Positions 26,314 to 42,100 of a DNA stretch of 64,000 bases are shown here, one piece after another. This stretch comes from Chrysomallon squamiferum. Its lineage: Eukaryota > Animalia > Mollusca. The stretch lies in assembly GCA_012295275.1 (NCBI GenBank), contig CM022665.1, forward strand, positions 34,224,001 through 34,288,000, written 5' to 3'. Position numbers and translations under genes: made by a program. The notes beneath the pieces are model-generated. The model was not told the origin of the DNA. It worked only from the letters and a program-made list of their open reading frames with translations, and made no database searches. The first letter of the stretch is position 1, and every line of letters begins with the position of its first letter.

Positions 26314-27303
26314 AAGAACCACTTTCATGAAGAAAAAAAAATGATATACCGAGTGCTAAAATTGTGGATACCATTAATAATATAACCAGTGTGATACCAC
26401 TAGTACAGGATTTCGTTTTCATTGTAGTGTAATAAAAGAATTTTAAAACTTTTTTTGTTTTCACTGTTGATAACTTGAGAATAAATATTAATACATTCTA
26501 AATAAATGACTGAGGGAATGTTTGTTCAACAATATCTCAGTGGTTTTTGTATGAATGATAATGAAATTCAGATATTAGGGGAGAGTTTTTGGATAATAAT
26601 GCTGCTGATTAAAAAGGAATTTTTTGCAAACACTTTTGTCAAAAAAACAATACTGTGGCCATTAATACACCAAATGTGAAACTAACTTGATTGGGGTATA
26701 TCTGAATAGTATCTTAACGAGAAATGATCCAGCACTTTGACTCCAGTTATATGATTATCATTACTGTATTATCTTGAATAAATTTGTCATTTATATTTTA
26801 AAAAAAAACAAAACACACACTCACAAATGTAAAAACAAGATACTTTTAATTGGTAATTTTCATTTCGTGGTATTTCTAAAATGCAAGAAGTCATTAAATT
26901 GGAAATTTATTGACTTAAAACATTTTTTTTACACACACTTTAAAAGCACAAGAACCATGCGAAATGAACAGCAATTTTGTGTCATAGATAAAAGGAAAAC
27001 AATTATATCTATGAAGGAAAAGATTAAAATTAAAAGTGTTGGCTACTTACTGTATTTAGTAAAAGAACTATTAACTTAACTCAATTATTTTAGATTATAT
27101 TTGTGAAGTTTCTTAAAATGTTATTAATTCATTTAATATATCAGAAATATGCCAAGATGCATAAAAATAAAATCCACATTGTCACAAAGAAGGCAACGAT
27201 ATTTTTGTAATATTGATACGAACTAATTTAGTAATTGTAAATCCCTGTTCAGAAAATTAAATTCTTTTTAATCCGTAATAGTACTTACATTTTGTATAAA
27301 TGA

Positions 27304-27353
<50 letters not shown>

Positions 27354-27446
27354 TAGTTAAACTGTTTTCTTTTTACTGCATGTTCGTTGTGTATATGATT
27401 AGTAATTATCTTATTCCGGGATTACACAATTCTTTTGATGAAATGG

Positions 27447-27472
27447 GTCATGTGATCGTTCAAAATGGCTGC
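27447..27472 (+). promoter_or_regulatory. ZFYVE26 proximal promoter motifs: M-box/CLEAR-like GTCATGTGAT and YY1-like CAAAATGGCTGC
   Basis: Adjacent motifs at 27447-27456 and 27461-27472, ~100 bp upstream of the ATG at 27562. Confidence 0.5.
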
Positions 27473-27561
27473 GCCCATCAGCTTTTACAAATAGGTGTTT
27501 AAACAATTCATAGAAACTCATTTGACTTTTGATGGTCATTATTATCTGTTTTAAATAAAAA

Positions 27562-28380
27562 ATGGATTCTGAAAACAAGTTTTATCGGAGTTCTTCTTAT
27601 AATAAGGAAAAAGAACAAGCTGAATCTATCAAACTGTTATACAAATTTTTCTGCAACAGCATTCGTTTAGGTCAATGGGAGTCTGCTCGCGCTTGTGTAG
27701 ATCAGCTACAGAAAGAAGGTCATTTTCTTGAACATAATATATTCGAGATATTGAAAAATGTTGCTGGATATCCATTTACTCAAAGGTCAGTTCAGCAAAA
27801 GTTTAGGAAGTGCATACACAAATTATATAATAACTGACAGTACAATACGGAAATGTAAACAACCTAGAAAAACTATTAATATATAAATATAGTTAAAATA
27901 AAACATCACCAGAAATTATAATTCTAATTCACAGTAAATTAGCTGTACAGTAATATATTATATTATATTATCTTAAAATAGATTCATATGCTGAGACTTT
28001 TTTAAAATGAAATCAAAGATAATTTTGAGCATAAGATATTAAACCTAAAACATTCTTTTTAAAAATTATTTCTGAAATATTTTTATTGTGATGACTTAAT
28101 CGGTTTATGTGATTTAATAGTGTGTTTGTTCAGTTGTTAATATGTGTCTAAAAAACACAAATAAACTAATGATAGATTTGTACTGTTATTAATTTGAATT
28201 TGTTTTACATACTTATCATTAATTTTCACTAAGTAAAATCAACAATTTTTATGTTGTTTATAATTTTATTTTAAAAACAATACATTTTAATATACCTTTA
28301 CTGGAAGTAACAATCAGCCCATATGGCAGTTAAGAAACATCCAGTGAATGAGTCTTAATGATGAAATGTGAATCTAATTA

Positions 28381-28439
<59 letters not shown>

Positions 28440-28443
28440 ATAT

Positions 28444-28478
<35 letters not shown>

Positions 28479-31400
28479 TCTTACAGCTTTGGATCAAAAA
28501 CAGTATCTTCACCAGCTCATCTGTCATGGCTATGTCTGTTGGAATGTGATAGGTTGCAGACTCAATATGTGTTTGAAGTTTGTTTTCCTTCATTTTTTAT
28601 TTTTTTATTTTATTATTATATATTTTTTCAAAATTAACATTGTTCATAAGTAATGGGAAGTTATTTTGTAGATTTATTAAACACGATTTTCATATCTTCT
28701 GTCAGTGAGATTAAGCATTATCAGTCAAATTAATTGAATATATTAATTATACTTAAATTCAAAAACAGTATGAACTACTTATTGTGCCATTATTTTTTTA
28801 AAGGTCAGTTACCCTGCTATTAAATTAATTATATCTTTGTTATTATTCTCAGCTGAAGCTGATATATTATATTAAACATATTTTAAAATTAGTATTTTCT
28901 TAGAAATATTGAAGAAATTGATCTTAATAACAGGACAAATATGGCACTTTTGCTGACGTTGATTTTCGTCTTCTGCTGTATGAAGAATGTAATCAGACTG
29001 ATGCTGTTGTTATCAAGGTGATTTTGATATTTTTTGTCTTGGAGTATGTAATAAAATTTGGTGGATAATTTTTTATGTTGATATATATACAACAGTAATT
29101 AAAATAATAACTAGTATGTATGTTTATATTCTTTATGTCTGTTTTCACAATGTTCTAAGATGTATTACTATTTATATCCTATGAATCACAGATATTAAAA
29201 TTCAGTACTTTATTTTATTTAAAAAATTTATTCAACAACAAAATTAATTATATGTTCCAGTCTTTTAAATATAAATCTAAGAATATGTTCCACTTAACAG
29301 AGAAATAAATAGAATATCAAAACTGTCAGAAATATGTTATGCAAATTACAGAAACTGATTGAAATATATTCACTCATTTGTTTTTAAACCCATTTTTTAT
29401 TTAAATCTTTTAAATGTTTGTTTTCACCTAGGAACTATACCAAACCTTTCTTCAGAAACATTCCTCAGGGTCCTATCACAAATCAGAACATCTGTTGTCA
29501 AAAGCTTCATTGACATTCCTCAAAGAAACTCTTGCTAACAATCCCACTCTTGGACATGCACTTATCACCTCCCTCATGCAGGCTGCTTCTGAATCAAAGA
29601 ACAGCGAAAATCTGCAATTGCTCTACCTCCAGTGCTTGGAAGCCATCTTGGACAGAATTTGTAAAACAACAGGAAATCAAACCCAGTCAAACAATCTCTG
29701 TGATGATGTCTATCTACTGTTAGGAATGTATGATCCTTTGCCTTATTGGAATTATCTTCCGCTGAGACATTTGTTTTCACGTCTTCTTGAACTGATGAAA
29801 TTAAACAACTCTGGATTGAATGAAGATAAGATTTTATCTGTAATAATTGGAAGAAAACACACTTATCTGATTGAAGAGTTCATCAAGCTTGAAACTGAGT
29901 TGATGTCAGGTGAATTAAACATAAAACAAGACATGAAGGTAAAAGTTGGTGATTTGTCAGAAGATCAACAGAATTTGGTAGAGATTTTCCATAACCCAGA
30001 TCCAGATGTCTTTTGGAGAAAGCTGCTGCAGTTGTCAATCAAACAACAGAAACATATCTTGGAAATAATAGTGGTAAGTCAGGTTAAAAAAGTGTGTATA
30101 TTTATGAGATAGAGATCACTTGAATAAAAATATCCTTTTTGAAAATTTAAAACAAAAATATTTCATTCACTTATTTTTTTTGATATATATTTTTTTTACA
30201 GTGTTTTTATAAATGTATAACTAACTTTTAAGTTTGGATAAATTTTACTGTAAGTATTCAGTTTCTGTGTATGTGTTTCTTTTCAGTATTGGTCACAAAT
30301 GAATCTAGAATAAATATTTGGCAGTTGTTACCATTTCTTGAACCTTATTGTTTAATAGTCTTCTGTAAAAAACAAATCTGACTTTTTAGAAGTTCTTTTT
30401 TACACTTCAGGAAACAAGTCTTTGCCTGATCAAACAGGAGCAATTTGAAAAACTCCACAAACTTCTGCTTCCTGTGGAGTTACATCCTTTGAAACAAGTA
30501 ATTCTGCTTCTAGGCTGGACATACTGCAAAACACATTCGGTAGCCAGGAGACTACTTGATGTTCTGTGGGATAAAAAAGTAATTTAAAAAAAGAAAATAT
30601 ATTTATTGCTGAAAAATATTATTGTATTCCATAAAGAGATCTGCAGACCTGAATACCGTATATACTTGTGTATAAGTCGAATTTTTGGGAGACTACATTA
30701 AGGTAATATTTTTGGGGTCGACTTATACATAGGTAATGCTTTTGTAGCTGTTGCTGAAGAGTCGCCATTTTGACTATTTTTTGCTACGGGATGCATCTAA
30801 AATAATCGCGGTCTTTCAGCTTTTCAAAAATATAATTTTATCGTATAAAAAATTTAGAAAAATTAAATAACAAAACCAAATATGAATGTAAAACATGATA
30901 TTCTTCCGTTTAATGACATAAAAATACATTTTAAAGCGAGAAAACCGTCAGTACGGCGTTATGCCTTACGGCGTCTTGCAATGATCTAGGAATGCAGACT
31001 TCTCTGCCAAATTGCACTAAATATCGGTCCTAATTTCATAAACAAAACTCACTTGTTTAATTGTAAAAAATTTGGTGAAATAATATTGCAATCGTCATTA
31101 ATATCCACTACCGACAAATTTTGTAAATCATAGAACAGCTAAATATAATGGTAAGTTAGGTCTCCATGTTAGACCTATTACATTAAAGAGATACTATTTA
31201 TGATACATTTAGGCTATAGCTCATGTAATACATGCATTTATGTTATTATGGTATGTTCGTGCAAGTTACAGCTCGTGCAAGTTATGTTACAGTAGGCGTA
31301 CAATGTAGGCCTTCATGGCACTGTCACACTGGTCTAAAAATAGTGACGGTGCCTGGAATCTACAGTCGACTTATACACAAGTAATACCTAAAATGACGCA

Positions 31401-34400
31401 ATGTTTGGTCTTAAAATACACATCGACTTATACATAAGGTCGCCTTGTACACAAGTATATACGGTAGTTGTTGATTGCAATAACAATTTCAGTTTATGTG
31501 AAAATGTTCACTTCATTGTATGCAAAGGATCTTTGATTAAATTTGTCTTAAAATAAAATAAGTTAATAAAATATATTTGTTTTGTTTACTTACCTTGCTG
31601 AACTTTCTGAATTATTATATGATTTAAGCATTTTTGAGTATTAAAGTTTTGTTGTTATTGGTAGTGTTTGTACCAAAATTATTAATGATTAAACGTTATA
31701 CAAGTACATGATATAAAATTTGTATTTATTATAAAGCAATTTTGGATAAACTCTACAGTATATTTTATTATTATTATTTTTTTATAATAAAATGTTCATT
31801 TATAAACTGAATTAATTTAAATAATTTTAAAACTATTTTATATTTACTGTCCATTTTCAGCTAGTTTCCCTGCATCCAGTCTTAAATGCTGGTTGTAGAA
31901 AGCTGGCATACCAAATAGATTTGATTCAGTGGTGCCTGGAAAAAGCAAGGTAACAATAAAAAATGTTAAACAACACAGACGTTAATACCCCAGTGACTGT
32001 TTAGTTGAAATGTATCAGATCGTGTGGTTTTCGTGTGTCTCAAAGAGTAAACTTAAATGCCTTTCCCTCCTAATAGCAACTTCACCCCCAACTTTTTATA
32101 TATTTATTTGTTCTTCAGAAAATATTTGGCATACAACTACCCAATTTGTATCTATATATTGCAGTTTTTTCAGATGTTATTATTTTGTCCACTAAAACAC
32201 AGTTATATAACATCTAATACTGTTTATGATTTAGAAAAATTCAATGTCTCTACACAAGTTTTAAGCTGAGATATTTGATTGGCAGATATTTTTTAAGTTT
32301 TTCGCATTATTGTAAATTATAATTGAATGTCTTAGAAATCATTTAAAAAATATACAGAGTACCTAGAAGATTATTTTGTTGTTAAAAGAGTCTCTATGTC
32401 AGTCCAAATTTATTATTCTTATTTTAATTGCAGACCACTATTAAGGTCCACTGTTTCTTCTCCTTTGAATGAACGAGCTACAAATTTACTTCATGGACTG
32501 GGCACACACTCTGTCTTGTTTGTTCTACACCAGTCTACATCTCTTGCTACACTGAATCCATCAGAGGTTGTTGATCTCCTGAAGAACTATGTAAGACAGA
32601 TAGATGGTGAGATTACTTCATTTGTAAATGTCCTGTACAGTGCTACTTTAACACCTCAAAAAAATTCAGTGGTGATTTAACAATTCCTGTTAACCATTTG
32701 AGTGTATTTGTCTTTGACATCTCTGGACCTGTAATAACATATTAAGTGATCTTCTTACACCAGATTTTTGGTGTATCATATCATGTTTTCATAACTATAG
32801 TACAATGCCAATTCAATTCTTTATCTTTACATGATAATACCATCTAAATAGTGAAGAGATTATGTTTCATTAATTTACAGCAATCACAGAAATGTATTTT
32901 AGAAATATTATTTATGTATATAAAGGGCATCAGGTAAATTGTACCAGAATGTCCACAAATTTATGAAATCTGGATAATGTTCTTCAGTTAGATTTTTATT
33001 ATTTGCTTATCATCCTTTACTTAAATTAAAAACCATTTAATTGAATTTTTCTTGTTAAAAAGTATATAATAAACTTGAATTTTTCTGATCATCATAATTT
33101 CAGGCAGTGAAAAAAAGAAAAAGAATGTCAGATTTATTATTGATGGCAGAGAAAAAGATGGAGGTGGAATCACAAAATCAGGTGATGAAAATCAACCAAT
33201 CAGCAACGAACAGGAGAGGGACATCGCAATATACCGAGGCTACTGCTGCATCAAGAACATCATGGATATCTTACAGTTTTGTTATGAATATTCAAATCTT
33301 GATCTTATGAATCCATTCTGTATCAGACGTTCATTGCATTTTCGTAATTTTTCAAGACTCTTCAGCTCAGAATTATCTATAAGCAGCAGTGAGGGAGACG
33401 AAAGTTCTGGTCAAAACACAACAACGATGTTCTCCCAGGAAAAAACTGACATCATCCATTGTCAGAGCAGTTTTGATAAACTTTTTCAAGAACATGTTAC
33501 CATGAAACTGAAGTACACCAAAGATCATTTGAAGAAATTGCATCCTCTGAGATACAGAGTGGAGATAATGGAGAACCTCTTCTCTCTTCTGTTTGTGATG
33601 CACGAGGATATGCAGGACAGCTCCATCATTGCAGAATTAGACAGTGGAGAAGAGGGAGCACAGTCAGAAAGCAAGAGAAGCAGCCAGGACCCAATCTCTG
33701 AAGAGGACATCTCTCCAGTTATCTGTGACAGCAGCTTCTTCATGTCTGGTTCAAGTTCACAGGATCAAAATCTGAGTGGTCCATTGAATACTAATTATGA
33801 TGAGCCTTTTGAAGAGAGACCCCCAGTAAATCAGACCATGTATGTAAAACCAAACAGTATTTCATCAGATCAGGTGTTTCATGACAATTCTGATCTTGGA
33901 CAGGAAGTGACTAATTTGACTAATAATTTAACCAAACAACCAAGGTTGGAAAAAAGTTCCAATAGTGCACCTACAGAGAAAAGTTTCATTTCTAAATTTG
34001 GCTTCCTTGCTAATGAGTATGTGGTTCGTGATGTGCTGGCCATGTTGAAAGATTCTTTAGTGGATCTTGCTGCAGCACGATACGAGTTAATGGGACAGAA
34101 AAATGAGATGCTTCAAAAAACAAATGAGTCTGTCCTGCAGGTGGATGCAGCACTGGAAAAATCTCTAGGTCAGCTTGTCAAATCAAGTGTAACAGAAGAA
34201 ACACTACAGACAAGACTTACAAGACTCACACAATATGTTCATGAAGCTCAGTGGAGGTTTCAGCTGGTGTCACATGATCAGTTGCCAAGACAACCAGGCA
34301 CAGTGCTTGTGCAACCTGTATTTGTGGTGAATGATGATATCACTAGTGTGTGCCTTTCAGATAGTTTCTATAGCAACAAGAAAATTTCAGTTAGTGATAA

Positions 34401-36648
34401 AAGTTCAGGTTTGATTATTTTTAAGTTTTTATTTTATTATTTTTCTGAAATCACAGATGGTTTTTTATTTGTTTTATTTCATTTTAATGCATTTGATCTT
34501 TAATTATTGAGAATTATTTTATGTTAGATTAAAACTGTCATCAAATGAAATATTTAAAACATTTGAATGCTCTTTTCTCCAGATAATATCTAATATATTT
34601 ATAATTACTTAAAAATAATTGTACTTACTTTTATAACTGTATCAGCTATTCATATGTCTATAATTATATATGTCATTAATCATTCAGATTAATTAAAATT
34701 TTATTAGATGAAGCTTTATCTAACAGTCTTACTCTGCATTTATTCATACTACTGTCAATACTCTGCCCTTTACAGTTTCAGATTGTGAATTTTTTTAAAT
34801 AGAAATATGTACTTGAGACAGTATCAGTCCAGACTTGTAATTTTCTAAAAACAATTTTATAGTTCCAAAGAACAACAGAAACTCGTTAGGTCCTGACAGA
34901 CTGAGTCCTGTAGCAGATGATGGTGAAAAACCAAGACGATGTTCACAGACAAAAAGCCGCTCAGAATCACATTGTCTGTCACCATTCATTCATGACACAG
35001 GCATCATACCATTGATGTTGTCCTCACCAGACACTCTGCTTGTGATGAGTCTTACTAAAGAAAATTATGCTCAGGCCAGCCAAGTTATTAAAGTAAAAAC
35101 ATTTGGAAATTATTTTTTTTTTTAAATCATAACATTTTTGGTTTTTGCAAATGTAAATTACCAATGTTTTAATATTAATGTTTGTTTCTGCTCATGATAA
35201 TAAAAATAAAAATAAATATTGTGTTGATTTATAGCTTACCTTATATTTTAGAAAATCAGTTTGAAATATTTCATCATTTATCTATTTGTAAAATAATTAT
35301 AGGTTTAATTGCAATAGAGAAAATGCTAAATTTCATATTCTCATCATGAAAACTCTAATGTTGTATCCGAAACTTTAAAACCAATAATTAATTCGAATAT
35401 ATTTCAAATTATCTTTCAACTTCAGCTGTTCAAGCTTCAGAATCAAGTTGAAGCACTGGAAGTGGGGTTTTCAGAAGATTTCAAAAAAGCAGCTTCAAAA
35501 CTGCAAAGTCATGGAAGGGAGTTAATTAGCAGACACACATTACCAGGACAGTTGAACATAAAAACACTTGGCAGGGTGGCAGCTGTTGGTGTTGCATCAG
35601 CATCTCTTTCTGATGTTACTGAGGATCTGCTTTCACATCCAGATATTCCTGAATTAGCTTTTCCAAAAGGTTTGGCATCTGCACCAGAACAAATCAGATC
35701 TCTCTTCAAGGAAGCTGGCAGTAGCAGTGCTATTCTGTTAGATCTTGTCTGCACATCATGTCGAACCTGGGATCTCTGTACTAAACTGTTTGACATCATG
35801 AAAATCAAAACAAAATCATCTTCAGGTTCTGAAAGTGGCCATGGCTTGGTTTCAGCACATCAAGAGAAAAAATCAAAAACAGATGCGAAAATTAAGGGAT
35901 TTAAAGTGTTCAAACAGCAGATGGAAAATCTCATATATTCAGGATTAGATGAAGATAATTTTCAGTCAACAGAGATTCAGGCTCCAGATTCATTTCCAAA
36001 GCATAGCCTGGAGTACCATCTGACCAAAGCCACTTGCTCTCTTACAGCAGATGAGAATATATCATTTTACCGTGCCTGGAAGGAGATGAAGGAGAACATG
36101 GAAAAAGTGATGGGTGCCTTTAAGAAGATTAATCAAACAGAAAAAACTGATAGTCAACATCTGTCACCACCATCACCCACTTCATCACCCAGATCTTCTT
36201 CTAACAACCAAAAACTGTCCAAGATGACACAAAATAAGAATTCACCTCTGATTCACACAGCTTTCAAACAGTTAATTAGTGTGTTGGAAAAACAGGTCCC
36301 TCCTGGTGGAATAATAAACCTATTGAAAAAGTAAGATACAGCTTGTTATTGTACTACTGATAAATGACAGTTATGCAGTCAACTTAGAAACACTGAATTT
36401 AAATTTTAAAACTGAAACCATCACTTATCACAAGTAATTTAGGAATCACTGTAAACATTTTTTCTGAAATGTAGTATGCCACTGATTAAACTGTTTTTAA
36501 TCCTAATTGAATGCACATATAATCCCAAGCAAACACTGAGGGAACACCAATAAAGTTTCTTTCACAATTTTTCTTAAAAGTGTATAATACCCGAGTCAGT
36601 TTAATATAACTGTATTTATTATTACTTCAATGTTACTGTTGTTATTAT

Positions 36649-36679
<31 letters not shown>

Positions 36680-38011
36680 AGGTCAGCAATAGACATGCAT
36701 GACAGGAACTATCTTCAGAGTTTGTATGATCATGTCAAATTGCTGGCATTCCTAGTAGCAGAGTCTGAATGCAAAAGTAAAGGTAGATATTATAATTATA
36801 TGATAATATTTTGTAACATTTTCAAAAATAATATAATTTTATTGCCTTTCATGCAAATAACTTTTAAAAAGTTTATTTATTTATTTATTTCGATTTTATT
36901 TTTACTTCTTCTTATTTTTCTTTTGGTAATTATTATTGTTATTATTATTATTTCTTTTCTTTTTTTTTAAACAGAAACTATGGTTGTTCCTCAAAATTAC
37001 TTCAAAATATTGGAAGAAGGACCAATTGCCATTCTCGGTCATCTGATGTTTGTCAAGAAAATGATCCCAGTTAGGTAAATATAAATGATATTAAATGGTA
37101 AATCTAAGTACTACATGATTATTTCTTTTAGTGTGCTTATCTTTTCAGTCAGAGCATGCAGAATTCAGTTAGTCTTTTATTATGTAATGTAACTTACATT
37201 ATGAATTTTCAATTTAAGGAAAGTGCACATAAAAGATCCCTTAGTGTTAATCAGTAGTTGTTGCATTAACAGGTTTCTTTTTTCAAATCTTATCATTACA
37301 AATCCATCCATAATAATATATTAATTTAATTTTTATTATTAATTATTTGTAAATATAACTTATTTTAAAAATCAATTATTTTAATAAATTAATATGAGTT
37401 TGCTACATAGCTCTTTCTTTTTTTCTAATTTTTTAAAATTTCAGACTGGAATCTATTGCTCAAACTCTGAGTCTGAACTTAATGCACATTATTGTTCACA
37501 GCTGCTGTCCTCGAATACCCAGCAAACATCTGCCTCCCATCCAATTACAGTCTGGTATGAAAAACAAAGTGATCTCAGATTATACTTCTTTTTAATAGTC
37601 AGAATGAAATATTTACAACATATTAAAGTATAAAAATCATTTGATACATAGTTACCACTGGATTATGTTAGTAACTAAATTAAGGAAATAAGTGATTATG
37701 TGAATGTGTTAAGAGAAATTGCAAAGAAAATAAAATTTGTATATTCTCACTGAAAATGTTTAGGAAAAGAAAGTGAAAGAGAGTATACCATCTATTTTTA
37801 ATGTAATATTTTGAAGAAATAATAAATAAAATAAATAGAATAATTAAAAGTATAATATTTTCATTATTTCCTTCACTTCTAATGTTTGTGATTGAAACAT
37901 AACTTTCTGATATTCAAAAATTCTTTTCTCATACATATTTTATTATTAATATCAAATTAAGTAGCTAATTTATATATTTTAAAATATTTTTTGTTTTTAT
38001 ATATATGCATA

Positions 38012-38080
<69 letters not shown>

Positions 38081-39159
38081 ATATATATCTATATATCTTT
38101 TCATTTTTCACAGAGTTTGAATGGTTTGGAACCAAAATTATTTACAACTCAGGTCAGCAAACTACAAAGGGAAATAATGTGGAAATTTTAGTTCAAACTA
38201 TCCTGATTCGTTTGTTGAAATTTATGAAAGGTGATTTTTTTCTAATTATCTGGATATAACAGTAATTTTTCAGTCCTCTGTTTTGCTTATACTAAACACA
38301 CACACACATGCACATATATATATACTTGTTTCTTCAAATATTTTGGAAGTACAAAAAAATCTGAACTTTATGAAAATGTTACTTCTTCTGATATTTCATG
38401 TTGATTTTATTATTTCTTTTAATTATTTTTTAATTTTTATTGATTTTACTATATTTTTAAAAATCTAATGTATAATATAAATATATTTTTTATAATCAAA
38501 CCAAAATTATTTCAAAGTTTATTATCTAAATTTTCTCTGTAATGTATCATTAATGTTTTATATTACAGGTATTGCAGCTAAATCTAATGCCAGAGGAATT
38601 TTTGATATTACATGTGCCAAATTTGCCATTGAACAATCTGAATATGCTGAAATTATCTCTTTGACAAGAGAGCTCCAAAATTCAGATCTCACATCACTGA
38701 AGTCAAGGGAAACAACATTGTGCTTTTTGGTGAATCTGCAGAACATCATGACTATACATCAAAATCTTAATATTGTTTGGTTGAAAAAACAATCCCAGGT
38801 TTGTAGAAATTAAAAACCACCAACTCCAGAATACATATTTTGTTTAGCAATTTCAGTATATAGTTTACTATCCTGGAATTTTAGTTATTATGATTTAAGT
38901 GATTTAAAATAAGCAATAGGCTTAAAACTATTTTTCTTTACTGTTTAATCCCTCTACTTAACTGCAATATGTATCCTAAATGAAAATAATCTTAAAAATA
39001 TTGAATGATCAAAATTAATTTGATCCTCAACTATTTCATTTTCTAAAAATATTTGTCCTTTTACACCATCAAATATTATATTTTCAAGAAAATACAGGCT
39101 GATAAATTGTTACTAAATTAAATTCAAAAGTCTACAAATGTGCCCTGATTCTGATTAAG

Positions 39160-39194
<35 letters not shown>

Positions 39195-42100
39195 TATTAT
39201 TATTATTATTATTTCAGAATTTGTCAGAGTTGGAAAGCAGCAGAGTAAAAATAGTCAGAGAAGTTCAGGAACTGTGTCCTGTGTCAGGAATTGATAACAT
39301 TGTTCAGCTCAAACAATTTGCTTACAGAGTGGGACAGCTAGGTGTTGTGAGGTAATTGTGTGTTTGTATGTGTGTGTGTGTCTCTGTGTGGGTGTGTGTG
39401 TTTGTGTGTGTGTGTGAGTCTGTGTATCTATTTACCTATATATATAATTATTTTGCTTGCACATGTGTGAGCATGTAGGTTTAGATATCTTTCTTATTCA
39501 CATAAAACTATTTTGATCACAATATTTTTTTTTTTTCCACATCTATTACATGCTAATACATTTGTCCATTGAGATTATTTAATTTAGTGTTGCATTATTA
39601 AGAATATTTACATATTGTTTGAACAAAATACGCTGAATTTATATTTTTAGTATATGATATATGTTGTTTTGTTGTTTTTTTCTAATTTTAATATGCGAGT
39701 ATAAAATAAAGATTTTTGTTAGTGTATGTAGTTTTCTAATTGTTTGTATTTATAAATGTTTCATGGATTTCATTTATATATGATTTTACTTCAGTTTGTT
39801 TGATCTGAAGATTATTATTAATCGTCATTGTTTACCAATGCCTTCTCGATGGAAGAATATTCTTCATGATTCTGATTCATGTAAGTTTACAGAAAACAGA
39901 TTTTAAAATTTGATTATCATTCCAAAATCTTAAACTTGTTTATTAATGACCTTCCTGTCTTTTAATATTTTGATTCCATCTCCAAATGTTTTCTTTCAGT
40001 ATAATGTAATCTTTTATATCTTTTAATATGTTATAATGCATCTAAAAGATTTATCTTGTCTGTTACAAGATATATATTTGTTAATTTTGTTGTACCTATA
40101 GATATATTATAAATTTACATATAGTGATAGCTGGGTCTCAGATAATTAAATCAAGTACATATATTTTGGTTATTATTATTATTTTTTTTTTCTTCACACA
40201 GATGTGGACTGCAATGATTACTGGAGTAAATGTTCATCATATTGTGAACCAAGACTTCTCTTTGCACTCACTGATGGAAGCTTATCTTCACCACCAGTAC
40301 AGGTAAGATATGGGTTTGTGAGATATTTTTTAAAAATTTGTTATTATTCCTAAACATTGTGGTTCCATCATAAAACATGTTTTTTTGATTTTTTGTATTT
40401 ATTCACAGATGTTATTCTTTTATATTTATTCATTTGCATATTTATTTGTATTTAAATATTTGAAACTAGTCAGATTACGACCAGTAAGTGTTAAAGATAC
40501 CAAATGATTAGTTCGTGTTGCCAGTTTTTCTTACGGATAAATTTCCATTTTGATATACACATATGTAAAGCACAACAGTATAAATATTTATTCTTTTAAA
40601 ATAACAAATATAAAATTTAATTTATATTGTTCTGTTTAAGGTTCTGACACCAGAGTTGCTTGATGTTCAGCTGCAAAAAGCAACAAAAAGTTTTCTTCAA
40701 CACACAGTAGTAGTTGATCGAAAGGGTAAAAGGGTAAGAAAATACAAAAAAAAATATTTTCAGAATAATGTTTTTTGTTGTGTTTTTATACAAAGAGATA
40801 TTAAAAATAACTTTATTCTTTTAACATTTGCATGCATAGAATTTGTATAAAAGGAATGCGACAAATGACTTGTAACAAAAAATTATTTAACAAATAAACA
40901 TTGGCTTTCTACCTAAGCATATTTATGAATTGTTGAATACAGTTCAGAATAATGTTTACAAAACTGGATACCTTTTATTTGACAACAACTATTAAAAACA
41001 CAACATACATAATTGAGATGTGTTCTGAGTATATTATTGTTTTATCTAAATGGTGTTTATGGTTAACACTGTTACAGTTTATGATGTTTAGGGGAACCGG
41101 ATTAAGGGAGATAGAATTATATGATGTCACTGGGAGCATGTGTTAGTTTTTGTGATGAAATAAATTGTTTGGAAACTAAAATGAACTTTATGTTTTAATG
41201 TTAAAACATAACAGTTGGTGACGAGGATGGGATAACACTGGTTGAACTGTTTCCTGAAAATAACTATTTATAAAATATGGCTACCTACAGTAGATCTAGA
41301 AAGAGTTTGATCTAGAAAGTTCCAATTAGGATGAATACATTGAATGTTTGGAACAGTAACTGTTGGTAAATGATGTAGACGATACCAAAAAGAAACATTC
41401 CATTTTGTTGTCCGTATGTGGTGCCAAGACTTACAGGTTGATTCGAAATCTGACTTCGTCTGAGAAACCGGCAAGTAAGACTTATGAACAATTGAAAACC
41501 TTGATAGGAAATCATCTCAAACCAAAGCCTTTGGTGATTGCGGAACGGTTCAAATTCTATCAACAGAAACAAGAGCCCGGAGAGACTATAAGTGACTTTT
41601 TGGCTGAATTAAGAAAATTGACAGAACATTGTGAATTTGGTGCATTTTTGACTGAAGCATTAAGAGACATTTTGGTCTGTGGTCTGTCTGAAAAGTCTAT
41701 ACAGAAAAAACTTCTCTCTCAACATGACTTATCACTGAGGAAAGCCTTGCAAATAGCTGTTAGTATGGAAATGGCAGCTAGAGAAACTGACATGCTGAAA
41801 ATTGGAATGAAGTCAGAAACGGAAAAGTTCCACAAAGTTACTGTCATTGAATGCTTCCGGTGCGGTAAAACTAATCATCATCCTGATGCATGTTTTTACA
41901 AAAAGGCAAACTGTTATAAGTGTAATGAAACAGGACATTTGAGTAGAAAATGTCGAAATCAAAAGAACAAAAAATAGAGACAGGAAAGCAAACAGATGGA
42001 AAAAGGAAAAAAGAAATTTCCAAAGTTGAAAAAGAAAAATTCTAACCTTCATGTTGTGAATCAAGATTCTGATAGGGACCTTACAGAATCAGAAAGTGGC

